This document shows, piece by piece, positions 1 through 14,385 of a stretch of DNA of 64,000 nt (within the stretch, counting starts at the first letter, position 1; each line of letters opens with the position of its first letter). This DNA comes from Hydrolagus colliei (lineage: Eukaryota), in assembly GCA_035084275.1 (NCBI GenBank), contig CM068757.1:5332001-5396000 (forward strand), written 5' to 3'. The translations under genes were made by a program, and so were the position numbers. The notes under the pieces were generated by a model that ran no database searches, was not told the DNA's origin, and worked only from the letters and a program-made list of their open reading frames with translations.

Positions 1-2203
1 TTTGGACAGTTATTTCCCCCAGTCTTACTCATTATTCTGATCATTATTATTATAATAATCCTTAAGTTTGATAACATGTCTTTCAACAAGAACTTATCAA
101 TAACAGACCACAGTTCCACTCATCTTTTATATGGCATCCTTCAGCACACTGTGATGCTATCCAGCGTTAAGGGCGCTATATAAATTCAAATTGTTGTTGT
201 AATGTCGTGAGTGTTTTCATGTCAGGAGGACATTTCAAAGTGCTTCACAGGCTAAAGTAATAAATTGTTGTGACTATTTTTGTTGACAAACTTAGTTTTA
301 CGGTTAGTTGTCTGTTTGTCTGTTGTTGTTTGGCATAGAGATCCTACAGAGTTACAAGACAGAAATCATGTAGTTTGTAACACTTGCTGAGATCAGAAGT
401 CAATATATGTAGAGCACCCCAATCTTTCTAGGAGGTCACTGCATCCAAATTTCGTATCAGGCAGAACGATATGGGGGGAAGATAAAGCCCACATTGATTA
501 TTCCATCTGCCCTTGATTTGGCATACATATTCAGTTGTTTCCTTTTCTAAGGAAATTCTGTTTGTATGTTTGGAGGCAACACCCCAAATGAGAAGGATCC
601 CAACTACAACAAAATTACATTTGTTTAGCGCCTTTTGCATTGGGAGGATAACAAAATCAATTGAGGAATGATTCTCCTTGAGTATGGAATGGTGATGTAT
701 GGAGTTTAAAGTCATTGGCCTCCATACCATAGAAAATCCAAGAAATATATATAGTTCAGTGAGGTCATGAGCAATTTGGGTAACTTGAATTCTCTGATCT
801 GTACTGAACATCATCCTCCAGTTAAAATGGAAAACTTGAGTGACACACGGGAGTTAAGGATGTTGCAGGGACAAATTACTATGTATTGAAACTAGTCTGT
901 ACAGAAACTGCTGCAAACCAGCTATTAGTGAGCTAAATAATATGAATCGTCCAATTTGTTGAAGGAGTTCATGACAAGGACTATAGCGCTCTTCACATGT
1001 GGTAGCGTTCTGGAGCGCTTTACCCACCAAATTAATTGCAACAGTAAAACCCTTCCGAGTTGGACTATAAATAATAGAGGCATTGTGATCTTTTGTTTGC
1101 AAATTTGATGACCAGTAAATATGTAAGTAAATTCTTGAACCTAGATTCAGTGAGAAAGCCACTTCTGATGTCAATCAACACACTCCAGTCATTCAATAGA
1201 ATAATAATCTTCAAAGAATGCCTTGCAATTGGATGGTGACAAATGGAGCGCAACCTTTATCTAAGAATGAGTGAAAATACAAAGCAAATAATAATGAATA
1301 GAGGATCGTCTCTCTAGCTGAGAATCCTTCGATACTTGAAATGTTATATCCTTAGATTCCAATTCTAGAAAACCTCATTGGGCTGATTAATGGATCCTAA
1401 TCGTTCAGGTTTATTGTGCATTTAAAGGCATGTACTGGAGTCTAGCTATCACATGAACCAACTTGGTTCTTCGGGGTTTCCAGAGAGTTTTTTCAATGAT
1501 GGATGAAGAATTTTCCTGAAGTGACTGGCAAAGCATTAAGTCCTTGTTTAAAGGTGTGTTTACAGTAGCTGAACAAATGTTGATCATCATGTTCCTACCA
1601 ATGCACAAATACAATTGCAATTATATTGCCGAGCCTTTGGTTGGGAGGATATCTCAAAACACTCAACATTGTTGGCCATGCGTAGAGCTAAAAATAGAAA
1701 TTGATATCACAGAAGAAGGCTGATCAGTCAAGATCAATTATTTCAGTCCAATTTACCTGACCTTTTCCCCATATACCTGTAGATGCATGAAAATGTATTC
1801 AAGCGGGTCTACTTGTAGCTGAACTGCCACCAAGATGACATGACTGGCATTGGAATATAGGAATCTAGCCAGCCCTCTGTGGTGGTCTCAGTAGTCAGCC
1901 TTGAACCAGGCGGATCCGCAGGACTCCAAGGCACTGCTGATGATAGCACAGCCAGCCCGGCTCATCGGCAGAACCTGGAAGGGCAGACCAGTTACTTGGA
2001 CCAGGGAATCAACCAACTCAGCTCCTGTTCACCCTGCAAGCCCCCAGAAGCCCTAACGGGTGATCCTAGCCGGGAAAGCTAGCAACACAGCAATATCAAT
2101 GGTAAGCTATGTGGTTTTAACTGATTAGACTCCAGCAGTACCCCAGTGTACATTTTGGACTCCCCAAGGCTTGGCTGTTGCCAACCAGCACTGAATACTT
2201 TCC

Positions 2204-2405
2204 GAAACGACAGCCAATTGTGCACAGCAGTGTCCCACAAACAGCCGTGGATTGAAATGAACAATTTAGTGTTGCTTTTTTTTCTAGGGATTATTATTAG
2301 GTGTGTGGAGTAAGGAAACTTGCCCAAGGTTTCGCCCTGCCTGGAATTGAACCCGGGTCTCCTGCTTGTAAAGCAAGTGCTCTAACCACTGAGCTACAAG
2401 CCTCC
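2204..2405 (-). mobile_element. Young tRNA-derived SINE, head and core, 3' tail missing
   Basis: The reverse complement matches the head (tagctcagtggttagagcac...gggttcaattccaggc) and core of the 44697 copy. Confidence 0.88.
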
Positions 2406-4984
2406 GTGACTCCGACCTCTTGATGTGGTGGAGACCGGCCTCAGTTTTTGGATTGCAAAAACAAGCTCTCAGAGTCTCATTCCTTGACACATGTCAGTCG
2501 TTTCAGTGTTCAGTCCGATGTTATGGGAAACTACCAGCAATGATCCTGTGTTTGGGTGGCTTTACCAGGAGATTGGCTGAGGCCAGGGTTACTCACAGTC
2601 AAGCCACTTTTTCTGGACTGCTAAACATGAAATGCAGGAAAATAATGAATCTTTGCAAAACTACATGTGAAACTAATGTGGAACCTTATAAGGCTTAGTG
2701 ACCAAGGATAGTGGGATCATTGTTGAATTTTTGCTTGTTTGAGTAGGACAGCTGTAAATGGACCTGGAGAAAGATCTTCTGGGTGGAAAGGAAATACATG
2801 AACAAATATGCAGGAGCTTATGCAGTATCTATTCAATCTTACCTGTTAAGGGTAGCCATTAGAAATCTTAGCAATGCTGCTTTATATTTACGGCAATTCT
2901 AATTTACTGAACTTGACTTGTGGATGCCAGATTTTCTATAGAAATAGCACTTGGACTATTGATAAGTGCTAATTAGATTAGTTTCCCATAAATAATGTCT
3001 GGGCCAGAAACATTACAGGTTTTTCCCTGACCAGTATGGTGCATTTACATGATTGAAATTGGGTTGATTTCATTTCCAGAGTGGTGTGAAACCTCCTCAG
3101 GAGATAGATAGGTAGATCGACTGACTACGCTTTCACTGAGCATTGAGCGTAGCAAAACCAGAATTATTGCAAACTGGACTCTCTCCCTTTTTTATTTATT
3201 AAGGTTTCAAAAGTGCCCTGGATTGGTTCCACAACCTAGCACTAGGCATGTGAGTGCATACACAGTGCTGCACTTTACCCGAGCACAGATGCGGAGGAGC
3301 TATCTAAATGCAAGTACTAGGTCGACTGGTCATATGATTACAGCACCAAACAATTAATGGGATGTGGTGGTGTTCCAAGTTGGTTAAAATGTCCGGGTTC
3401 CTAAGTGAGGAGAGATGTGATTCTTCACACTATTAATTTTAAATGTAAGACTTTCAATGGCAAGGTCGGTGGTTGGCTGGGAGGTTGAACCCTTGTAGTG
3501 AGAGTACTGTGCTAGGTTTGAAGGGACAGCGTGAGTATTTGAAGTGGAAAGATGCCTGTAAGTAGGAATTGATTTTTCCAGTGCAGAGTTGTAAGACAGA
3601 CTGTTCTTGCGTCTCAATACGGATGATGATTATTAAGGCTGTGAGAAATGATGAAGGGACTGAGGCAATTTACTAATTCCTGGAGGAACATAGGGGAAGG
3701 AATGAGGTTTGGTAAATAAATGAAGAATCTATAGTAAAAGTAATAGGAAAAAAAATAGAAGTCTCCTCTCCCCAGGGACATTGTAATGCCAGAGTGGATT
3801 CAACTTCTATTCATAGCGATTGTAATTAACATATGAGGCAACTAATTAGTATTGGTCTTTTAATTTGTCGCCTGTTAACCCTTCAGAGTGTAAGCAGTTT
3901 TGTTGGAACTGAAAAAATAGCTGTATGGAATCCAGGTTTTGTGGAATAATTCAGTGTAATTGTGTTTGGGATTTATTAAGGTGATTTAATTCAGTATTGT
4001 TTTCAGATTAATGTTGTTTGGGGCTATTTATCGGTTTCTTTTGCAACAGTCGAAACCTAATCTGACTGCTATGAGGTTTTAATTATAGTATTTTCCATTT
4101 CCTTGCCCAAGCATGTAAGCAATTGTTTTCTATGCAAAGATCAGGTAAAATTAAACGATCAAGGGTCCTATTGCCTTTTAAAATAATGTGGGTGGAACAA
4201 TTATTAAATCCATTGAAATAAACAGAACTTACTTTGCAAAAAGAAACGCCTGAATGTATGTATTTCAGTAGCATTTCTTCATCCACATATAGAACATAGG
4301 CGTAAGTGACTGTTATCAGAATTAATCTCACAGGATAATACAAAAATAATAATAATAATTTGTTTACTTAAACAACAACTGTTTGTAGGACACTTGTGCT
4401 ACGTTTCGACCATAAAAATAGTCATTTCACTTTACAGTATATTCTGTGAAGCGCTTTGAGATGTCTAGAAGACATGATAAGATGCTACATGAAATGGAAG
4501 CATCATTATATTGTTTTAAGTGCAAGTTAAAAATATGGCTGCAATTTAATTGAGAAGATTCAAATTTGCATTGCAATCCAAGCAGAATGGTGGACTATTT
4601 CACTCACACAAAAGCTCTAAACTCTGAGGTTACATTGCAGCTTTTTGTAATTCAGAATTGTAACTGTATAAAGTATCCTATTAATTCCATTCTAATTGCA
4701 GTAATATGTGTTTCTCATCCCTAAAGCAAAATTACAGGGACAAACATAACTTAAAAACAGGACATGTAATTATATTGGTTCTGGACCACTTTAATTGGAA
4801 ACTTTATAAATAAGACAAATCTTTATTGTAAAAGATTACAATAACTTCCTTTAACAATACAAGGGAAATCATTCTGTACAGATACCCAATTGGCTCGTTA
4901 GTTAAAAACTGGTTCAAATCATAAAAATTCCAGGTTTACTGTTGTCACCTCCCCACCAAGATATCTTTATCCATGACTTGCTTG

Positions 4985-5416
4985 CAGAGCACTGCTGTGT
5001 GCAATTGGTTGAAGCATTTTGCCCAGTTCACTTTACAGTATATTCTGTGACTTGCTTTGAGACGTTTTGAAGATGTGAAAGGTCACTAATAAAAATAATA
5101 ATGTTTGCATTTGATATAGCGCTTTTCACACCTTATCGACGTCCCAAAGCACTTCACAGAATGTACGATGAAGTGAATTGCCTGTATATTTGTGGGTGAA
5201 TCGCGGCAGCCAATTGCGCACAGCAGTGTCCCACAAATAGTCGTGGATTGAAATAACCAATTTTATTATTGTGGTTTTTTGGGATGGATTAATATTAGGC
5301 GTGTGGAGTAAGGAAACTTGCCCAAGGTTTCGCCCTGACCTGCCTGGATTCGAACACAGGTCTCCCCAGCTTGCAAGACAAGTTAGTGCTCTAACCACTA
5401 AGCCACAGGAGCTCCA
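4985..5416. mobile_element. Tail-to-tail SINE pair: 3' fragment (+, ~4985-5100) and full-length copy (-, ~5098-5416)
   Basis: Both parts match the 44697 SINE. The minus copy has the head variant gtgttcgaatccaggcaggtcagggcgaaacc. Confidence 0.85.
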
Positions 5417-5654
5417 ACTAATTCAAATACAAGAATTATTATTCTAACCTCTAATGTCCAATGTGAATCACATGTTTGAAGCTGTTCAAAAAGATCCTTA
5501 CTGTGGAAATCTCTCGGAAGGTGATGTCGCTTTCAATGTTCACAACTTCTTCGCAATGAGGAACATTGCATTGATTTCACTTTTAACAAGCACGCTTTTG
5601 GTTTGGGGCCTGTGTAAGATGTCTTATGGATGATAAAATCATTTATTATCCATA

Positions 5655-5905
5655 AGACAGCACCTTTCGTGTCAGGATGATGCCTCGAACTGCTTCACAG
5701 TTCACAGAGTGTATTGTAAAGTGCAGTGACTGTGTATGTACTGTATAGGCAAATAAGTCCACCGATTTTCAACCATGCTGAGCAAACAGTCATGTTCCCA
5801 ATGATCAATTTTAATTTGCGGAATGTTGGCCAACACACCGAGAGAAACTCCCTTATCCTTGTGAATAGTACCACAACATATTCAGCCTCCTTTTGAACAG
5901 GTAAA
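5655..5905 (-). mobile_element. Degenerate DeuSINE-type 3' half
   Basis: L2-type tail plus ggaatgttggccaacacaccgagagaaactccctt..gaatagtaccac, the reverse complement of the Deu domain. Confidence 0.6.
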
Positions 5906-8900
5906 TATGAACAATAATGAGAATGTAACGGATTTGAAGACAAATATCTTCATGTAATTGGCCACATTGTGCAGGTTTTCTGTCAAGCCTGGGTCGATAA
6001 ATTGATTGTTTTTAAAAGTCCTTTTTCCCCCCAAGATAAGCGGGTAATTCTTAAACCCAAGCTTTTCTATTGTCGGTGTAAGGCAGCACATTATGTAGAG
6101 TCTGAGGAATTCTATGCTTCACGGAACATAAGGTCAGGCAAATCCTAAGCAAGAGTTTCAAGGAGCCAATTGTATAATGTGCAACATTTGGATTTCTTCT
6201 TGTTGTATGAATGCAGGGAATATTTACCACAGTACACCGTGGACAAGTGTTCACGTGGCAATCCAGGGTTTAAATTGTAGTGCGAAATCAGCATTACCTT
6301 CACTCAATACTGTATCTGCTCTTTTTTTTGTGGAACATCTACGCATTAATGATGCCGTTTCTGCGCTTCATTAATAATTTACAACACAGGAATCAACAAA
6401 TAACATACAAAAATGCAGCCCTTAGAACGAGGACAGATGAAAAGAAGCTACTGAGAGGGAAGCCATCAATCTCCATAAGGTAGAAGTGGATACCTGGCAC
6501 CTACGACCTGCAGCGTAGCGTGCAAATGGATAAAATATGAAAATCTTCTCTTTTCTGACACACTCTATAGGCTTCAGATAAAGACTGCAGGGCAGGTACA
6601 AGATATTAGTTACAGTTTCATTTCCATGGCTTAGAAGTCACGAATCTGGGACCAGGGTAAAGTGGAAATCTATCATGGTGCTGCGGGGAGAGGTCGGAAC
6701 ACACTGAGAGCCAAATCTCAGTTATCGAAAATAAATAAATTAAGCTCGAATTCATCTAAAGATAAAGATCTCCATGACTAAGGATACTGCCGACAGATTT
6801 GCCTGTTTCAGCGAGATGTTGCAGTCCTGCACAAGCACCAGATTGAAATGAAACAGAATTGGTAGATGATAAAAGGCAATGACTGTCTGAAAACAGAGCT
6901 GTCAAGATTGCAGATTAATTTGTAAATCACCTCCTCCTCCTCTCCCCAAACCCCCGCAGACACTCATTTCTGGCAAAATAGAATGGATTTGTACATTATG
7001 TCTGAATCCTTGCTCCCCCAGCAAGATTAAATCCTGCAGTTGACTTTAGAGCTACACCAAAGGAGCATTTTTTTGCTTCCTTGTTGATAGTTTTTTTTGT
7101 GCTCTTAATCATTGTTTGCTTATGAAATACACAATCATACAGTGAATCCTGTTTTGATTATGTGATAATATAATATTCTATGTCAAATGCAAGAATTATC
7201 CTTATTTTTATTTTGGTCAGCAGGTGAACGATTGCAGCTATTATTTAGAACAGTCTAAACGTCAGTTTCAACAGGCACTAAGCAAGGCTAGAGTAGATTG
7301 TCGGTCTGTCACAATCTTCTCAGTATTGCTTTTGTTTGAAAAGCTTCCTGCGGGAGTTTTGGTAATAGAAGATGCTGTATGAAGATTGCACTTTTGAAAC
7401 TTTTGAAATTGGTATCAGGGCATAGGTTTGGCTTTTCATCATACAGTTTTCACATGCAACTTTCTACTCGGGGAAATCAGATTTATGCTGAGCATGCAAC
7501 AAACTCTGTGTGCAGCAGATACTTTAAAACAGACCGTTTTATGTACTTGTAGCCAGTCTGTTACAGGAAGGGTCTACACTAGAAATCCTCCTCCCCAGGC
7601 AGAGGTAGAATTAGACTTGTTACAGTACAGGTAAGACATCCCAAGATCACAACAGTTGAAACAATTACATTTTTAGCTCCAGATTATCATCCTTCTAGCC
7701 ATGTGAGATTGGTTTTGATCCAATTCAAATGGAAAGAAAGTCTTCTTTTTGAATTCCTCCCTCTTTTACCAGGGAAATCTGAAGTGAAGTGAGCTTGGTT
7801 CGACTCAGAAGATCATTAAGCATCCAATGAAAAAAAGGACAATTGGCCCATTTCCACATAAAAGCAGAAACCTATTGTTGGTTGGGAAGCATTTTGTTGG
7901 CATGTGCCATACACTGGGTGTGTGCAATCGTAGGGGTGGTACGGATGCCTTGTGACAGGGGTCGCCCTCTAGCACAAAAGCTTGTCACAATAGCAGGATG
8001 GAGCAATGTGACCTTATCCATTATGTTCAATAAAAATCCCATTTGTTATTCACTGAGCAGGAATACACAGTGGTAGTGAACGTCATTGGGCACAATTCTC
8101 CTTCCACCTTGCTCACAGTACCTCAGTAAATATGGAGAAATTTTGCACCAGTTGAGTTGGAATGGGTGCATTCCGCCCAGCTCAATATTGGTGTAAATGG
8201 AAAATTAGACTTGTTACACACCATAGGCACTGCTATAAAACCCAAGTGAATCTCAGTAATAATAATCCCTAGTAATAATGTATCCTTGTCACCTCTTCAA
8301 GAGGTCTCAAAGCGCTTTGCAGAATTTACCGTGAAGTGACTGTATTTTGTGGGTGAAACAAATAAAGTTTCTCTTAAGAACACACTTTGGGGAACATACA
8401 TGAGCATGAATTCTTCATCCCTCGATCATAGTCCCAGTAAATCCAGCAGAGTACAATTACATCTCAAAGTGGTTTGTTTTATCAAGAATTTGTAGTGATT
8501 GCTTGTATAGAGCACTTGTTGGGAGTCCTGATGATTCAGCCTTTCATGGGCGATCTTTAAAGTCAAAAGGGTTCAACGGCCCAAACACTGGCTTTTAGCT
8601 TTGTATGTAATGTGTACAACATCACCTTCTGAGAAAAATGGGTGGAACATAGCGTTAAAGTATTAAAGCAATGTCAGCCGAGGGTGGTGAAGCGAGGTGA
8701 GAATCAGATTACTTTAAAAAATGAGCACAAATTAGCAATTTCATTCCTCTGTGAGGGGTAAGTGTCTGAGTCGGTATGGTCTGAAAACCAACCGTTAAAG
8801 TTCTGCCTGAGGGCATGTTATTAGGGATACGTGCTGGTATGAATGCTTTGTAGACATTTAAGGTATGCTTGCAGTTATGGAAGAAATGTGTAAATTGGAG

Positions 8901-11082
8901 GCAGTTGTTTTTTCACTCCCATAATTCTCACGTACCAATTTCTTTTCAAGTCTATATTCTACTTAAATTCTCATAAAATAAAAGCCACCTGTGTCCCTAT
9001 TTATTAACTTGTTGGGGTTTCAAGGACAAGATTGTCTCTATTACGCAATAAAAGTATTATTTTCTTTATACGGTACATAGTGAGTTTCATCCAATGATAA
9101 ATTAAAACCATTTCCCATCCCTCAACCTGGAACTTAATTGTGGCATCAAAATTCGGCTACGAAAATGGTGAGACTCTTTTGAAGTTGTAGATTTTGGATG
9201 GGTGCTCTGGTGATGGTGGTGGTGGGTAGTGTTTTAGAAGAAGAATATTCCTGTCACCCATACTATGACTTCTGCCTTATTTATAAAATACATCGGTGCT
9301 CGTAATGTTGAAAATGCTGGTTGAAATCCAATCATGTTTTAGCTGCTCATCAGTCTTAACACCTTAATTGTCCAGGTCCAATATGTAAGACACTTTAACA
9401 TTGAAACTGAAATTTATTAAGGTTATCCCACCAATGGGATAAAACAATGCGGCAATTTTTAACTATGTTCTTAATAAGGAAACCAAATGAAGAATCCTTC
9501 TGGTAACTGAACTTTCTCCACACTGACTCGCGCAAACTCCACTTTGAAAGTCTTCTGCTTCAGAGAGGAGATCCCATGAGTCAGAGTGATCTAGTTCCAG
9601 TCACTTATTAAGGAATTCCATTAGAAGTTGCCACATATTAAACCCATCTGCCGAGCAAGTAAGGAGAGGGGAGAGGTCATTCTATCTGTCATACTTACCC
9701 TCCACAAACTCTATAGTATTTCTCCTAGGATTAACTCTATGATGCAATCTCCTGTGAGTCAAGTAACTGCAAACACTGTCGCTAAAATAACGCTCTCTAT
9801 GAAATTTTCTTTCTAAACCCAGAATGTAATTACGTGAAACTCCAGTATATTAATCTACTTTTACAGCGCATAGTGTTCAACTCCACCTTCATGTAATGTG
9901 CAGATGACAAATCCATTGTCCCAGCAGCACACGAGACAACATGTTTTATGGACTATTTGATCACTGGTCCCCATCCTGATCCTTATAAACCTTCAGTCCC
10001 ATTCTTAAACTGATAGTTATCCAACCCATAATGATGGAAATTTTCAATAGAGCATTAGCTGTTTTAGCTGAAGTCTGCTTTATATATTCGCTACTCCACA
10101 GGGGTCAAATCTTCAGTTTGTAGTCTCACTTGAGGGTTGTTAAGCTTTGAGCTCAATTGATCAGTTAAATTGACTTGCCTCAACATTTAAATGCATCGAT
10201 GTTGATTCCTTCCAGTCTTATTTAAATGATGAGTTGAATTCTTCAGAATTACTGAGATGAATGTTGCATTTCAGAACTTCCAAAGTGGCAGTTACATTTG
10301 TCTGAATAACTTCAATGCGTCAATGCTCTTTTGCAGCAATGGCTCCAATAGCATACATAAGGATCACTAAGAAATATTTAATTATTGAATCTCGAGGGTT
10401 CTCAGGGGGAATTTTTTCAGTTCTTTCTATTTCAGACACATCGAAGTTTTCCAAATTCACACATTTGCAAATTTCACGAAATCTGCAAAGAAATACCAAG
10501 AGGTAAACCTCAGTAATCTCAACGTGGTTTTTATAAGTGAGTTACATGGGTATAAACTTTCAATTTGATTGAATGCTTTGTTTGTTACTTAAGGCAAATC
10601 CATAATCACTGGCACCTGAACCCCAATTACTGATTCTTGTGGCCTTTGTGCTCTTTAAATGAGCGGCAATGCCAAAGGCTGCAGTTCTCCACGAATGCAC
10701 ATATAAAGCACTCAGCAAACATTAAGTTTGATCCACAGTACCTGTTGATTGTGTGATTTTTTTTGTAAACGGGAGGCAAAGGACAAGCGTTGTGTTCTTT
10801 GTTATCACATGCCATTTCACTGCATGCCACATTTGCAGAGCAGAAATTGATGCAATTTGCAAACCGCTTTGGGGATCTCAGTCCTTGTTCTCATTGCATA
10901 CACAATCTATTGAGTCACACTCTTTGATCCAATTCCCCAAAAGCCAATTCTCTATTTGAGGAGCGTTACGACTTCCAGTGCAAAATATGTATGTGGCTGT
11001 GATAGCTTGGTTGCCTCTGGTGTTTTCTGTAATAATATGAATCAGTTCAAATGTTCAACATCTCATAAATGATGAGAGAATT

Positions 11083-11660
11083 TGTCCAGCTTAAACCTTA
11101 TGCTGAAGGAAATTAAGACACGGTTGTGAGAGGTGGGGGAGGGAGAAACGTTTTTAATGCAAAATACTTCCTTCTAAACCCAGATAACAACAACAACAAT
11201 TTACATTTATAGAGCGCCTTTCACGTCGGGAGGACGTCCCAAGGCGCAGATAGTTGTAGCTTAATGGCTCTTACCAGTTTCTGGCCACTTGCTGCTAATC
11301 CGTTATATCAGATCTCCAGAGGACGCACTCAACTCACACAGATTCTGTCAACGAGTGCCTCAGAGTCCAGTTTGCCATCCCTCAGGTCCTGGGCGCAAAC
11401 ACTGTGGAGCTCCACTAGTCTTTTAAAACTTCAGTGCTGTGTGAATTTCACAAGAGTGTTGAATTATAACCAAACACAAAGAATTTGTTTTCTAAACGAA
11501 ATTGTCTCGGGTTACAGTCACACTAATTGTTCAGCGCTCTGAGATGCTACCCCACGTGAAGGGTTGCATTAAAGGAAGTATTTTGCATTAAAAACATTTC
11601 TCCCTCCCCCACCTCACAACCGTGTCTTAATTTCCTTCAGCACATTGTTTAAGCTGGACA
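11083..11660. repeat. ~90-bp inverted repeat pair (11083-11173 and 11572-11660)
   Basis: tgtccagcttaaac...gcaaaatacttcctt versus aaggaagtattttgc...gtttaagctggaca, with only a few differences. Confidence 0.92.
11185..11248 (-). mobile_element. Isolated L2 terminal tail
   Basis: aacaacaacaacaatttacatttatagagcgcctttcacgtcgggaggacgtcccaaggcgc. Confidence 0.82.
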
Positions 11661-12099
11661 GTTGCAAGTTTGGATTGTTATTGCTTGTATTGACTAATGT
11701 TAACTGTATACCCCTGGTAAATGTAACCCAATAATAGAAAATCAATTACACACTTAACAAAAGTACAATGCAGCAAGAAGTTCTGTCGAAAGGCAAACCA
11801 CTGTTCGGTGCAACTCAATCTCAATCTTTTCATCAAGGACTGGCACCAATTTTCCTTGTAGAATAATTTAATAATGTTTATGGTGCTCCCCAATGCTTCC
11901 CAGATTCTTTTTAAAGAAAGCCGATTAATAATTTATTGTGAATGGTTCCGTTGACATGTGTCGGTGAAGCTTTTGGAACATTTTTAATCATTCTCTAGAT
12001 ACTTTCAGATTGACATCTTTGTTCCACACTGATGCTGGTGCTCTTAAGTCACAAGTAATGTTCCCCTTATCTCAACCTCCCTACCCACCCCCCAACCCG

Positions 12100-12133
12100 C
12101 ATACATACACAGACAGACAGACACACACACACA
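12100..12133. repeat. (CATA)/(CAGA)/(CA)n microsatellite
   Basis: catacatacacagacagacagacacacacacaca. Confidence 0.85.
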
Positions 12134-14109
12134 GTTTGGGAGTTTAATTTGGTGATCCAACCCTGGAGAATGTTTTTTTCCCTGTGAGACCAGAGGACAG
12201 CCCAAAGTAGATTGAGTTTAATGGAGCAGTCTTGTGTGTGAGCACGTCTTACATACTAAACACATGAGAAGCCCGCTGAGCTCGTGTTACACGTTACACC
12301 TCAGTACATTTCCATGTACTGAGCAATATCAAAACTTTGTCATTTCAGTTGTAAAAGGATTATACGATGATATCGTCTTGTAGCAGTTGTAACACTGATC
12401 TCAGGGTTGAATACATCACCTTCACCCTGCAGTACAGCTTCTTCTTATTAAGATTGTAGTGTAAATTAGAAAATAAAAAGATGTATGTTAGGCAATGAAT
12501 AGAAAAGGGTTGCATTTCGTCGCACCATGTTCCAGAAGAGGGTTGAAATATCCCCCTGAATCCTTCACGGCCCCGTCACAGTTCTATAAGCAATTGAGGA
12601 AAATGTTCTTCTGTTATACGGTAACACAGTACATCTTAAATAATTCACGAATATGGAACTTCTACTTTATTTTGCAGTTATTGATTTAATGAGGTGGTAA
12701 AAGTAACTCATTTAGATGAATAATTACAGTATATTCCATGAAGCACTTTGAGACGCCTCAAAGCGGTGATAAGGCGCCATATCAAATGCTAAGGATTATT
12801 GTGTCTGCAATAAAACTAATTTCAGCATTTTAGCTCTGGGAACTTTTGTTTTTAGAAAGAAGCATTCTGCGTGCTTTGAAACTCAGATTGGTGGTGGAGG
12901 CGGGACAGTAAAATGGGGCGTGTTATGTTATATAACACTATAACGCAGGTGGTTCAGCCCGAAGCCGTTGGTTTTAAGGGACAGCGGTTTAACTAAATCT
13001 CTGACGACCTTAATGGCGGCAGTCAGTAGCTTTGGGCCAATCTACTACATTCAAGTCATGGGACTAGGGCTTCCCAAACTTTAGTTACCGATTACTTTAA
13101 CCCCCAATTTTCTGTTATATAGTCAATTTGCGACATGCCACATTTCAAACTGATAGACCTGGGTGGTATCAGAGTCAATTTGTGTTTGATTGGACAAGGC
13201 AATTCTATGTTTCTAAATGACCTACCCGCATGCGATCAATTTGCATTTATATTTTAATGATACATGGATTCTCATACCCATGTTGAATAGTATTATAACA
13301 AAATGATCTCCAAATAATCATTAAAATAAACAGCTGAAATTAACGTGAAAGATTTCCATTGAGTTTTGCCTCAGTTAATGCCTCAGTTAATATGTGCGGA
13401 GCGATGCCAGTGATCGAGCAGGTGGACCAGAGTTCACTGTCAACCTGTCCACATCTATTGGGAATTGATTCCGTGATTCCCACAGATTGGCATTATATTT
13501 GTGACTCAAATGTGTTTCAATACGTGCTTTCCCTTTGGGACACATTGCTTATGTGTTTGTTGTGCATCAATGGGTGAGACAATGAACATGCTCTGATGTT
13601 ACGTTATAACCAGTACATGTCAAATAGTTCTTGGTTCAGGAAAAAATTGGATTCCATGATTGGAAAGGCTGTTACACTAAATTTCTCATGTCAATTTGAT
13701 GTTTTTTTTGCATGTACAAAGGTGAATGTACCCCAGGCAATAAACAGAAGATTTAAGGTTTCAGCATGGCATCACACGGCACACCCTTGTTTTGGCAGAA
13801 CACAGGAAGGACTAACCTTACCTCTGAATTGGAAGCTTGGTGGTGTTCTTGAGTCAAAGAGTCATCCAAGTGTGTGTATGTGTGTCCCCCATTCCCCCCC
13901 ACGCCTCTTGTTACTTTTTCAAACATTTCTGCCAGGACAAGGCATTAAAATGTAAGCATTTTGGAATTTCTTTTAAGAATGTTGGTTTGGTGAGAACAAT
14001 TAATCTTTTTGATTTTTCTCCCCATTGGCATATGCTTCTAGCTAACAGCTTGTCCCCAGTCTCCTCTCCCTGGGCTGCTGTTCCATAGGCACTGGTTTGC
14101 AATCCAGCA

Positions 14110-14385
14110 TGCCACCCAAGAGGCCATTTTTTATGTGTGATCCTTCTCAGTGAGTGTCGGTCAGTCACTTGACTGGAGAGGATGTCAAGCCATGAACCTG
14201 ACCTTTCTTTAACCATCTGCTCTGTGCGCCTACTACCAGGATGTGGAGCCCTGGGTTTATTTATCCCTGCCTGAGCCTGGGATGGCTGGGGTCAATTTAA
14301 CAATAATGATTTCCCCCATTGCAGCCCCAGCAAAGACCAGTTACTCCAGCGCAAAGCAGGATTTGAGCTGGTGAGCTTCTGATCC
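14110..14385 (-). mobile_element. Old interspersed repeat, probably a tRNA-derived SINE of a second family
   Basis: The reverse complement shares a box-B-like motif, gtgctgagt and ccagg..ctcctg blocks with 60052-60240 (+). Family not identified. Confidence 0.45.
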
